From the NCBI GenBank assembly GCA_000002445.1, contig AL929603.2:32001-96000 (forward strand): 64,000 bases of DNA, read 5' to 3'. This DNA comes from Trypanosoma brucei (taxonomy: Eukaryota). Below are positions 12,937 to 25,400 of this stretch, piece after piece; within the stretch, counting starts at the first letter, position 1, and every line of letters starts with the position of its first letter. The translations under genes and the position numbers were made by a program. The notes under the pieces were generated by a model that was not told where the DNA came from, did no database searches, and saw only the letters and a list, made by a program, of their open reading frames with translations.

Positions 12937-14994
12937 TCACCTTCGCTTTGCTTTCATCGCTCGCCTTCCCTGTGCCTTTTTTGCTTCCTGAAGATCTACC
13001 ATCAGATGAGCATTCATTTCGTCCCCAAACGTTACCTGGAATTGTTCAATCGTTTCCCAAAATGTTTGAAGTTGTTTCGCCTTCCTGGCAGGGATAACTT
13101 TGTCGACGTTAGCCTCACATTTTTGCCAATTGGTAATCACACCGCCATTAACTCCATTCATGTATATCATCTCCCAAGCCATGTTACCCGAAAACGTGTT
13201 CCAGTCCGAAAAATATCCTTTAATTCTCTCCGTGAACGCATTCAACTTTGTCGCAGTGGTGGAGTGACAGCCCGACTTGGTCACGTGTAAAAGGACAAGT
13301 GTCTTTGGTTTTGGCGCTTTTTTCGCTTGCCTTCCAGGCGACATCGTGAAGCGCCCCTCAACGAAAAAAAAGCCATCCACCAAGGGTTCATAGGCTGTGG
13401 CGGGAGTGTAGAGCACCATGTATTCGCAGCGTTCAATTGGGTTCTGCCTGGCTGCTGGTAAGACTTCCCATCCAGTGAGGCACAACTGCTGAGGAGTCAT
13501 GCTACTCAGTATACTTTGTTTTCCCCTCAGCTTCTCAGGCGGATGGAGGTGTCTCAAGTTCTTTGCCATCATCTCGAGAACTCGAGGATTGAGCACCGCA
13601 AACAACGCATGGCTTTCAAATGAAATGAAAGCGGCACTTCTGTTTCTCATCATGAGCTGGGACTCTGCTACTTTTCGCGCAGTAATGCCAAGCACCGCCC
13701 AAAGTAGCAAGGTCCTTATGTGCCCGGAAAGCTCTTTGCTGCGATATGAATCTCCGGAAACTCCATTTCCACGCGAACGGACTATCTGTACCATCTGGTA
13801 CGACACCTCTTCAGTTTGCCAGTTCATTGATGACCTAAAAAGATCCTCGCAGCCATTTTTATCATTAGCATCGAGGCCTCTTATTTTTTTTGCCACCGCC
13901 TCCATTCGCCCGCCGTGCCCCACAGCGTCGTAAACGGCACGAGGCACCGGGCCTGCCACGGCAATACGCTGCTTTACAGTTTCCCATTCGTCCTTTAGTC
14001 CTCCTCTTAACTCTTGTTTCGCCGTGTTGGATACCTTTTTATCTAATGCTACTGATAAATTCTTCCATGCCACAAACGCCTTTATGTCACGCACATCATC
14101 GCAGTTTATAATAATATGGCGGCTTCCCATGTCCTTTTCCCACTCCTCGTAATGTACCGTATCGGGGGAAGTGAGGACAGTTACACCCCAACCCAAATGG
14201 CACAGCTCATCAGGCGGTATAAGTAAGCTCTTACCGATGTCGACAATGATGTGACCTCTTTTTTTTCTTATTGTTTTTATGAAGGTAACGGCGGAATCGG
14301 TGCTTCTGTCTTCCTCAACCCTCCCCTCTTCTCCGGGTTTCTTGTTATATATTAGGTAAGCGATTTTACCCACGAAATATGCAACAACATCAAGCATTCC
14401 TTCATGGAAGTGAAGCAGTGAATGAAGCAAAAATGATCCAAGGCCACATGATTTACCAATACCAGGTGTACCAATAACAATATGTATCGGTGAATCCTCA
14501 GCTTTTTCTACCCAACATGCTCTCAGCCCTTTTTCGACTTTATACCACACGCGCATAATTTCACGACGGATGTATACATGTTTAAATTTTTCGTTGCACC
14601 TCTCAGTGTGGCCCAATGCAAACCTGTTGTATGGCCAACCCTTCTCCGAAGTGAGAACGAAAATCTCCAAACCATCGGGTCTCTCCTCAATCTCTGCATC
14701 AACATTCGCAGGGTCAGGAGTTATATCAACCTCCGCTTCGGTCCATATGCGCTGTGGTTTTCCATCGAACACTTTCATTCCAAGTGGATCTTCATCATAA
14801 CCCGACATCACATAACTCCATTTCGCATTATAAATGGAATCGTATAATTTCTCTTCGAGAGATTTGCCCTCTCCGGTTTCTGATGGGTTCTCGTTTTTTC
14901 GGCCGGCTTGTCTCTTCATCGGGCGGTACGCACCATTCAACCATCCATTTAAAATATTCCGAGTATCTCCCACACAACCACCATTCTGATTCAT
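12937..14994 (-). CDS. Retrotransposon hot spot (RHS) protein, a/c subtype. Short N-terminal variant (685 aa) with an intact ORF.
   Basis: Real ATG (ttcat on plus strand at 14992-14994). Carries the P-loop IVIGTPGIGKSCGLGSFLL and the conserved core YDSIYNAKWSYVMSGY ... IINCDDVRD ... DGFFFVEG. Its 5' flank (14995-15440) is near-identical to that of RHS-c (30837-31285). It lacks about 170 N-terminal residues that RHS-c has. Confidence 0.85.
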   Translation of the reverse strand: MNQNGGCVGDTRNILNGWLNGAYRPMKRQAGRKNENPSETGEGKSLEEKLYDSIYNAKWSYVMSGYDEDPLGMKVFDGKPQRIWTEAEVDITPDPANVDAEIEERPDGLEIFVLTSEKGWPYNRFALGHTERCNEKFKHVYIRREIMRVWYKVEKGLRACWVEKAEDSPIHIVIGTPGIGKSCGLGSFLLHSLLHFHEGMLDVVAYFVGKIAYLIYNKKPGEEGRVEEDRSTDSAVTFIKTIRKKRGHIIVDIGKSLLIPPDELCHLGWGVTVLTSPDTVHYEEWEKDMGSRHIIINCDDVRDIKAFVAWKNLSVALDKKVSNTAKQELRGGLKDEWETVKQRIAVAGPVPRAVYDAVGHGGRMEAVAKKIRGLDANDKNGCEDLFRSSMNWQTEEVSYQMVQIVRSRGNGVSGDSYRSKELSGHIRTLLLWAVLGITARKVAESQLMMRNRSAAFISFESHALFAVLNPRVLEMMAKNLRHLHPPEKLRGKQSILSSMTPQQLCLTGWEVLPAARQNPIERCEYMVLYTPATAYEPLVDGFFFVEGRFTMSPGRQAKKAPKPKTLVLLHVTKSGCHSTTATKLNAFTERIKGYFSDWNTFSGNMAWEMIYMNGVNGGVITNWQKCEANVDKVIPARKAKQLQTFWETIEQFQVTFGDEMNAHLMVDLQEAKKAQGRRAMKAKRR

Positions 14995-15439
14995 TTCACT
15001 CTCCGAATAATAATCTTAATTGAGTGTGTTGTGTTATTCCTTTCTTTGTAATATAAATTAAGAAAAGAATTAAGATGAGGGAATTTAAAATGGATACGCT
15101 TCTAAACCAAATCAAATATACAATCAATGAATATTAGGTATTAATATGGAAGATGGAAACTATTTATTGAAATTAAGATTCGGTTCAAATCTTATCATGT
15201 GTTAAGAACTCACAGCAACTTAAGCACAAATAAGGTATGACAGTATGAATAAACATTTCTGTTGAGAGGAAAACTCAAACAACAATTCCCAGTTACTTCA
15301 CACAATCATTTCAGAAAAATTAATATACTTACATATATATTTATAGAAAAGCAAAAACAAATAAATAAATGTGGCATTGCCATGAAAAACAGCATATAAT
15401 AGGTTTATTGATAAATCATGCAAAACGTAGAATACTCGG

Positions 15440-18430
15440 TTAAAGGTGCTCACGTGCATAATGATGGCGCTTCACATTGAAAAATAATACAAGCAACGAT
15501 CAGAACTTGCGTATAATCTCATATGACCCGTCACTCGAAATGACACGTTGCTGTGACCAATTAATTTTGCAACAACAATTTTTATGAATACTCTCACACT
15601 CCGAATCAGTACACAGTGTGCAAATGAGAGTACGAGATATCAAAAAAACGATAATAATCGCCGTAAAAAGTAAAACCAACAAAAATAAAATCTTATACAT
15701 CAAAGAGTAACCTCTCTCACCTGACGAACAAGTGCTGCTCACTTTCTTTATTCTTTATTTAAGTGATCCTGTGTTTATTTTTCCTGCAGCCATGGAACCA
15801 TGAATCAAAGAAATATATATATTAAGGCATGAAAGGTATTAGTTTTTGTTTTTGGTATTGGAGCACCTCGCCATGCGTCTGCTTTTGCTCCTTGGTGAAA
15901 CTCAAAAGGAACGAAAGGCTCACGGAATGGAACAAATATATTTGTGGGAATAATAATTCAATATTAGGCCTCTTTTGAGGAGTGTGCTAAGTGGAATAAT
16001 GGTGAAAAAGAAGTATTGAAAATTTATGCCACATGGACAAATGCTTTACAATATTTTCTCGCTGTCTGAAAAATATGGAATATATGGAATATATAAGGAA
16101 CCAGAAACATAGGGAATATATGAAGTATAAGAAAATATATCAAATATAAGAAAATATATGATATATTCTGAAGTGCCGGATGTGTTTGTGCGTGTCTTTG
16201 TATGTGTTCTCTGCTTTATATATCACTAAATGTTTTACACAATTCATTTTACTTTGCGTATGCTAATCGCTTGTTTCTCCCTGTATAAATTAGTGGAAAT
16301 ATCCATTAGAGAAATAATAATTTACTTTTTTTCTTTTCCCTTCTCTTCCATTCCCGCTAATGTTTCACCCGCCTATTTTCATTCCTTATAAATACTGTAA
16401 ATTTCTTTTTGTTACTGTAACTATTTCCAAAAAAAAAAAATGTAAGACACTTTAAGCATTACATATCATAATATTTCTAAACTCCTCTTTTGTTATGTTA
16501 AGCTACTAATATTTTTATTTCCCATTCATTTTATTCAGTGGAACATACAAAACCCCTTCAAAAGTCCTTCCTTGGTTTTTTCTTCAACATTATAATATAG
16601 CTTGTGGAATATACAAATATATAATAACCATAAATGTGTTATACATCTTCACAACATCAGAAGCTATACAACAGAATTATGTTCTTCAAGAAGCAGTGGT
16701 TGTGTTTCCTTTTATTTTATCTCATAGTCAAACTAATTAATTAATTACTAATAACTTCCTCCAAAGATATTGCTTCCACTTTCTTGGATTACTCAGCAGC
16801 GTAACACCGGAGTCTTGAAATGAAGAGTCGCAGTTCAAAGAATACAAAACAGGAAACAGAGACTCGCACCTTCACAATTGGTTGCATTTGAATACATCAA
16901 ACGCATTTATACACTTGCATTCCTAGTTTCTTTTTGGGGGGGTGGAGGGTAAATGCAAAATGTATCAAGTTGACGAGTAGCAGAAATACAACACTTGATA
17001 TAATTTCACTTACATATAAGCTTTCTTTTCCCACTTTATTTCAATTCATAATATTTTGATAGCAATGTAATGCAGCATTCAGCTATAAACATTTTAACCA
17101 TAAATATAGTAACTAATGTGTGAATGGTAACCCATTGCGATACATTCCATATGGAACAATACCACATTGTTAAATATACGCATTTAATTAAAACTATAGC
17201 ACTAAATTGAAAATTAAAAAATTAAAAGAGAAAAAGATATGAATTATCAAAAGAGGCATATTCTTCACTAACATGCACTTGTTTCAATATAATCATAATT
17301 TGAAATTAATTTAAATGATAAGTGGCCCAATATCCTGAAATGACACAATAACAATGATTTCATTATAGCAACTGTAAAATAATGATATGCAATAAAATAA
17401 ATAATATAAATAAATTAAAATACAGCAAGCAGTGCAGAATATATTCTATTGCTATATATAAACATTTGCCAACAGATGAATACCTTTACTCATTGGGAGA
17501 AAATAATTAAATTCAAACTTCCTATGATTCTGCCAGTGTTTGTCGGCTACATGTGGGACTCAAAAAAACAAAAGTTTATTTTAAATAAACATGAAAAAAA
17601 GAAAAACTTCGCATGAAACCATAAGGGCACCCCTGTGAGTTATGTGCTACTGTCAAACATAGTTAACTTCACAGCCCTCAAGAAAGAGAGAAATAAATAA
17701 AAGTAAAATTCCAGGTAAAAAATAAAATAAAAATTAAGGAAATATAACATAATTATGCTTAACTAACTGTAACGTGAGGAATGTAAAAATAACAAAATGT
17801 TACTCAAAATTTAATGTTATCAATGTTTTCCTTCACAAACAAAAACTGTCACATCTCAATGTGTTCTTTCAAATTAATGTAACGGAACCAGATATGTTTG
17901 TATAATATTCTACAATGTCATTTGGCATTGTCCGATGCTCACTCAAAAAAAAACTTATTCGTTTTGTTGCGATGTAGCTATTGACAGTGTTGTGCTCTTT
18001 TTCTTTTTTTTTATTTTTTTTTAACATACCGCTCCGCACTTCCGTAATCCCCTCAATATTCCTGCAGTTCCCATCATAAAAGATACAAAAGAAATCCATC
18101 AAAATAAAGTAACTGGAGTCCAAGATGCTGTAGATCGCAATGTATTTATTTTGAATAATGGAATCCTGTGATATCAGAGACAATCATCTGCAATGAATAA
18201 ACTGAAACATTCATTGACTCATGCCACTAAAATAATAATTAAATTGTTAAACACATATTCCCATCGTGTGTTAAGTAATTCAAACAATTCTGTGACCACA
18301 TGAAATACTCGACGAAAAAGGAAACGTATACAATGCATAAGCCATTAGTAAAGTATAAATACAGTTTTTGGTATCGAATCCATCATATGTTACAAAGTTG
18401 CATTTCATTAACAAACAAGAGCACAATTTA
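15440..18430. other. AT-rich unique spacer, about 3 kb, with no credible ORF, between duplication D copy 1 and the RHS-b 3' end
   Basis: Low-complexity AT-rich sequence with short internal repeats (16080-16170 is a gaatatatg-like motif). No paralogue elsewhere in the window. Confidence 0.5.
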
Positions 18431-20205
18431 ACTCAACATCATATTTCGAATCATCAGTGATAGAGCTTGGCAACTGTATGATTCGATTCCACCAACATCT
18501 GCCTTCACTCTTACAACCTTTACCAACTTGTCCGTAACTTCATTGTTCTTCCAGGCAGCCGTATGCTCAATAATATCATTATAGGAATATTCACCCGACT
18601 TCTTCATAGTTTCCAACGCATCATGAACTCTTTTCAGACGCCATTCATAACAGCTTAAACCAAATATATATAACGAGGCAAAAGCCCAATTGAATTAATA
18701 CGTCCCTCCACTATTCTCCACTCATCTTCCATTTCCTTCCTCAATTCGTATCTTCTTCTGTTGGATACCTTTTCCCTTGTATGTATTGACAGTTTTTTCC
18801 ATGCCACAAATGCCTTCATGTCACGCACATCATCACAGTTTATAATAATTTGGCGGCCTCCCGTATTTGTAGTCCAGTTACCAAAGTGGGAACTATTCGG
18901 GGAAGTGAAAATAGTTACACTCCAAACATCAGAGGGAAGTTGAGTGTAAAGCTGCTGCATTGCATACCTTATGTCCATAATAATGTGTCCTCTGTTTTCA
19001 AATTTCATTTTATTTATGGCGTTGACCGCAGCTCTCAAATCTTCGTACCGCACAACCCTCCCTCTTTCATCACCCTTTCTGTTATATATTAAGTAGGCGA
19101 TCGTGTCTGTGAAATATGCAACAACATCAAGCATTCCTTCATGGAAGTGAAGCAACGAATGAAGCAAAAATGATCCAAGGCCACATGATTTACCAATACC
19201 AGGTGTACCAATAACAATATGTATCGGTGGTCTGTGAGCTGTCTTTTCCACCCACCATGTTTTCAGATCTTTTTCGACTTTATACCACACGCGCACAATT
19301 TCACGACGGATGTATACGTGCTGAAATACTACTTTGCGCCCCGTAGTGTAATCCAATGCAAACCTGTTGTATGGCCAACCCTTCTCCGAAGTGAGAACGA
19401 AAATCTCCAAACCATCGGGTCTCTCCTCAATCTCTGCATCAACATTGGTAGGATCAGGAGTTATATCCACCTCCGCTTCGGTCCAAATGCTCTGTGGTCT
19501 TCCATCGAACACTTTCATTCCAAGTGGCTCTCTACGATAACCCGACATCACATAACTCCATTTCGCATTATAAATGGAATCATATAATCCTTTCAGTTCG
19601 ACAGCACCACCAGCTGTTTGGGCAGCTCGCTTTTCCGCTCTCTTGGCGGCCGTCACCGCTCCATCCAACCTTCCCCTCGCCATGGGACCAACAAATTCCC
19701 TTATTTCCCCTCTCCCCTTCTCCTCCCACTGACTGAGGTAGTAAATTTCTTTTTCGTCAAGGTAGTCTACCTTCTCAGACAGATCAATAGCTGTCTTCAC
19801 TGTTTTAAACTCATCAGTGCCTTGTATATCCTCAAGAATCTCAGCATCAACAATATATCTTCTGGGATTCTTAACAAACAAAAACATGGCCACATTCTCT
19901 GTGTTATACGTGTTTGAGAAGTATTGATTCAAAAGGTCATGCAATTTCATATTACGCAGAACCTCATACCGTTGCAGCAGCGCATCTTCCAGCAGCACAT
20001 CCCTCACCTTACTATCCATAGTCCAGTTGGGCCCCCCTTCAGTTCTCTGCCGTATTTGTGGAGGCTGAGCGGCAGCAGCAGCAGCAGGAGGAGGAGGCGG
20101 TACATTTTCATCCCGCGGTCTCCTCACGGCTGCTCCAAAATTACCTGCCACTTGTTGGTTTGCATTATTTCCTTGTGGAGCTGCGGGACTATTTGCTCTT
20201 GACAT
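18428..20205 (-). pseudogene. RHS pseudogene (RHS-b). It is 3'-truncated, frameshifted and mosaic.
   Basis: A 516-aa ORF (18655-20205) starts MSRANSPAAPQ, identical to the RHS-d/e/f N-terminus, then switches to the a/c-type core (LKGLYDSIYNAKWSYVMSGY ... IVIGTPGIGKSCGLGSFLLHSLLHFHEG). It ends prematurely. A 62-aa fragment in another frame (18428-18616) continues RHS homology. Homology is lost at about 18430, where AT-rich unique DNA begins. Confidence 0.8.
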
Positions 20206-22395
20206 AACTCTTTTAATATTATTAACTTAACTTCCTTTCCTTTCCTTTTTTCTCTGAAATTATAAAAAACTGAAGTAAAATAATAGATAAGGAAACAATA
20301 GCGGGTGAACAAAGTAACACAATATCAAATGTAATAGAGCGCGTTAATGTTTACTCACTATTGTTTGTATAATATGATATCATAATGTATTTGGTATTGA
20401 GAAGAACAATTTCAAAATATAGCAGCTGTAAATAAATATTTCCCTTGCTTCATTATTATGTGCTAAATGTAATATATTCCTGTATCATTCTTTTTAAACC
20501 ATGAATAATATGGAAACAAAAAATATTACTGCCTCATATACCTGCATCAACACTTCGTATATATAATCAATATTAAAAGAGAATCAAATTCTATCAATTA
20601 AAATCAAGTAAAACAATAAACAAAAATATATATGGATATTAATGAAACGAAGAAAAAGAGTATCGGAACAACACATAGATATATACACACAGAACTGCAC
20701 AACTGTAAAAATGCTCCTTTATATATCCTCCCCATTTTTACAATACGTAACGTTCACTCGCATTGAATAAATTTATTGAAAATATAAATCACTTATCCCC
20801 TCCCCCGTGTATTCACTTACTTCCAAAGGAGAATATTAAATAATGTCTGTAGGACAGGTAAAAAAAAACTGATAGTCTTTTTGCATCAGATAACCAGAGA
20901 GTATTTCTGTTTACTTTCATAATAAATAAAAACATCATTTTGCCTTCAGTTAAAATAAAATTTAATTACTTGCCTCCTCATTGTTCACAACTATCAACAA
21001 CTAATTCAGCGACACACATTCATATGTATCTGATGTGCCATCGTTGTTTGATGAATTCACACATCTTCCATGATGGTGATGATACAACATATTGTAAATC
21101 ATTGGAATAAAATTAATACAATTAATTGAGGAAACCGTAAAAGATTATCATAACATATCTTTTATTTTCCCTTCCTTTCATTTACACAAATTAAATATGT
21201 AATGATACAATTCACTTTCAGTACGTGTCCACACTTATTGTATCATTATTGTAAGTTATTTTTTGCTCATATACACGAAGCTATTGGAACAACAAAAAAA
21301 TAAAACAACTCATTGAAACAACTTGAAAAAATATATAACAAATAAAGGTAATAGAGAGAATGAGCGTGAACAGACAGATAATAAAATGAAACACGTCTCG
21401 TACTTTCCTTCTAAATATTCAATAGTTGGCGGATTACAAATAAAAACAATTACACATTATAGAAAGGAAGGGATATAATTACATTATACACCTGCATGTG
21501 GATATGTAACAGTAAGTCATAGTAGAAATAAATTGGCTAAACACAATAGTTATGGAAGATAAAATAATTCAAAATATCAATAATATTATTCTATCAACAT
21601 TCCCTTCCTTCCCCATTAAGTTTCCAAATGGTTTCAAATAATAATTCACATAATTCCATACATATGTTACGATGGGCATTGCATGCAGTACAATTTAAAG
21701 GAAGTGAAACTCATATAACATTTTCAAAAAAAGGCTTTGAATGGTTGTTTGCTACCATCAATTACATTTCCAATGCCTAATTACACTTTTATATGCGTGA
21801 ATGAAGTTACTGATGATAACTTTGACATGCTCGAGAATTCATAACACAAAGCAGCAGCTGCATGCAATAAAAAATAAAAATATAAATAACATCCGAATTC
21901 ATTTACTGACAGATGAGTGCAATTCATTCACCCAAACTTCATAGCTGTAAACATAAACTCGCTGCTGCCAATAGGAAATGATCCCGCATAAATATTGAGC
22001 ATCTGAAAATGATAGCAACGGGTTTCCATTTTTGAGATATATGCATAAACTACATGAGGTATATGAAGCCATATTGGTAAAGTGTCACTACGCATGTTGC
22101 AATTTACTATCAGAAGTGTCTGCCTTATTTTATTTCTTTTGTTACTGTAACTCATGAGTATCATTCATTATTCTTTACAATACAACTGTAAGTCATTTTG
22201 CATTTTTACATATTTCCTTATTCCCTCATACTGGAAGTATTCCACATATAAGATTCCTCAATATCGTTCACAAAATAAAAATAATTTCATTTCCTTCTGT
22301 ATTCAGTTTCTCGTGTAGCAGTGTGTACACTAATCATCCATAAAGTTTTTAATTTGCCAAATACATCATTACGAAACTATTTTCCACAAATAAAC
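20206..22395. repeat. Conserved RHS 5'-flank element (U), copy 1. The shared sequence extends to about 24580.
   Basis: The same about 2.2 kb lies immediately upstream of the ATG of RHS-b, RHS-d (40406-42585), RHS-e (45916-48075) and RHS-f (56356-58555). A partial copy sits at 31400-32165. Landmark strings: aataataattcacataat..catacatatgtta.gatggg..ttgcatgcagtacaatttaaagg, and ccacaaataaacaaacaaac. Confidence 0.85.
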
Positions 22396-25300
22396 AAACA
22401 AACAAATCATTGGGACAATATCTTTGAGATATTTCCTTCACTATATTTGCAGTTCAGTAGTAATTAAAATACACTTTTCTGTATAATTCAACACATGGTG
22501 GAATTGCAAAGAAATGTGATGGTACTTATAATCCATAAGTTCTCAATTTTCCTCATACGGTCTCCTTTCATGCCTTTACATCCTTATATAATTCACAGAG
22601 AATTACTGCAATTTCTTTCATATGCTTTCAGGATTCCATATGTCACAACACAAATAATATATACATTTACACATATATATAATTTGGACATAATATTGCT
22701 TAACATATAAATTATCACAAACCTATGACTTTACACTCCTCCTAAGAATAATAGAATCAAATTATTTCTATTTTGCATCATTACATGAAGCTTCGGAAAA
22801 GGAAAGAAAAAGAATCAAACAAAAGGTAATGTAAACAACACAGTTTCATAATACAGATTATAACTTGTTTGTGAATTTCAGATGCAAACACAAAATGTTC
22901 AAACAGGGAAACAGTAAAGGACGGTACTGGTGATGTAAGCACAAATTAACCAAAAATAGAAACATAAATAAAACTTAAAACTTGTAAAAACACAAATATA
23001 TATGATACAAATATTTACCACATATTATAATTCGCCACCCTCACACTTGAATTATAAAGAGGACATAACACACATATGTGGTAAAACTAATACAACTCGA
23101 ATATACATATGTGACATCTTCTTAACATAATCATTCCAATATTTACTCAGTATGTATGTCTGTGTATCTGTGTGTGTGTAGAAATGATGAAATGTAATTG
23201 TAACAAATCAGGCACAACACAAACAAAAAATATGCATTATATTATTCTCTAAAAAGGAGAAGAATAAAAATCAAGAAATATTACGCAGCTTTTCTCACAA
23301 GTAATTTTGTTTCTGTATATATACATATATACATATATAACACGACAGCTGGCAACATTAAACTCTCAATTCCATAATATCTGACACCTGAAGTGATAAT
23401 TAGCAGCGGATGCCTTTAACAAAAAACAACAGAAATAACAACATCAAAGCATGTTTTGAAAGCTTAAATAAACTTCCTCATGGATAAACCATTTGTACAA
23501 AGTTTGAGTGCCAAGTAGGAGGAACAAAGAAAAATAAAAAAAGAAGAATTAAATGGTAAAACAATTGCGTGTGATATAACTAAAGGATTTGTTAGGCACT
23601 ACACTCATTAAACTCCAGTTTCATAAAAATACTGCAAGGCATAATATTTACTGCTTTACCGGTTATGTGCCTCCAGCAAGCAATAATAAATACTTCGAGT
23701 ATTATTCGATTTCTGATGCTATGAAGTGTGTAATAAATTAGTGCATGAGTAAAATATTCAAATGTTGGTGTTCACTTCAAATTATAACCTCTGCACTATG
23801 AATGTCTCTCGATGTTTATAATTTGAGAGAGCAAAAGTGACGGCGCTACTATTTATTTCTTCCAGTTCATGAATATATAAATATATTTATACATATATAA
23901 TCAGATGTGACATGCAAAAGCGTTTAAACATCAGGCATGAACATCTTTCCATCCATTTAAAGCAAGACGATACAATAAGGTAAGTTTAGGATGAAGTGAA
24001 GGTATCATAATGTTAATATCTTCCTTCAAGCGGAGGATTCAATTTAAATAGGCGTACTTCACAAACAATAGTAAAATAACTGAGAAAACTTATATCACTT
24101 AATCGTTGTTTCCTTCAATTCTTATTTTGAATCGCTCTGTACCGTCACACCTTCAATAAAGTATATAGTGACGCATTTCACACATCCTCCCTAAGCCATC
24201 TCTCATAGTCATTAGCTCTCAACAGCAATAATAACAAATAATGAATAGTTTAGTTCTTACCTTCCCTTTTTTACTATCGACAAGAAAGATATACGAAATA
24301 ATTATCATACTGAATAAACAGTAGGCGTTCCTCATCATCCTACGCAAAATATGAATTGAAACGATAATTTACTAACGAAGCGGAAGTGTCTGAAAGCGTC
24401 TTTAACTCGTCTCCTGTGCGGGGCGAAGAGGGTTGTGTTGTGTGGGCTTTCTAAAAATTTCACTCTCTTGCAGACAGCTGCGTAAATAAACGGGGAGTAC
24501 AGGTGTGTTTAGAGAAAGATAACCGTACAAAATAATACTCTGCACTCCTAAGTCCAAAACCATTCATAATGCAGGCTTTCAAAATACACGACATCATCTC
24601 AACAAATTGTAATTATTTTTTTTGTATAATGTCCTCCAGAAGACAGAACAACAGATGACACAGTGAAATAACACATGACAAACAAGGAATATAACCGCAC
24701 ATCCTCAGCAGTAAATGTTTCAGTTTCTCCTTTTAAAAAAAAAAAGAAAAATAAAACAGTTTCACACGTGTGGCCCAAAAGCTGCATCAGCCAATACGAT
24801 ATCTTGACAGCTTGTCACGCAGTCTTGCCTCAAGAAGAAAATAAATCATTCATCTCTGCTTTCCCTTAATTGATAAATGAGATCCCATGCTGTGTTAACT
24901 CACGTCTCCATTCAAAAAGTTGACTCAACGTTGTGACGAGGCAGTGACCAAAAACAATCCAAATGCAATTCCAAATTTCTTCATATTACGTTTTCAGTTT
25001 TATTACACATTTCCCCAACCATTCCAAGTACTAACAGGAATAATTTGGTTCTATAATAATGCATGTGTTTTCTACAGCTCTTTCATTTTGTTATGATCCG
25101 CACAAAAATTATATATGTGGTTGTTGATTCGTCCTGTCAATCAAAGTAACAATCATAATAATTAATTTTATCGTTTCTTCATTTTTCTATTAGCACATGT
25201 GCACCTTGGTGAGATCACTTTCACTCATTTGCACTTATTGGTCAACACCATTTAGTTCGTCATTCAACACACTCCCTTACATGTCCTCTTCTCACCATTT

Positions 25301-25400
25301 ATAACCCACACGAGCAGCATCAAATATAAATTGTGAAGAGGTATGAGATCACAAGGAGCTCGCTCTCATTGAGAAGGTTGGATGCGTCATATATATATAA

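Larger units (their letters stand above)
9901..15439. repeat. Segmental duplication D, copy 1 (pseudogene X + RHS a/c-type gene + its 5' flank)
   Basis: Near-identical to 25279-31284. Shared start string acatgtcctcttctcaccatttataacccacacgagcagcatc. Shared end string atgcaaaacgtagaatactcgg. Confidence 0.85.
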
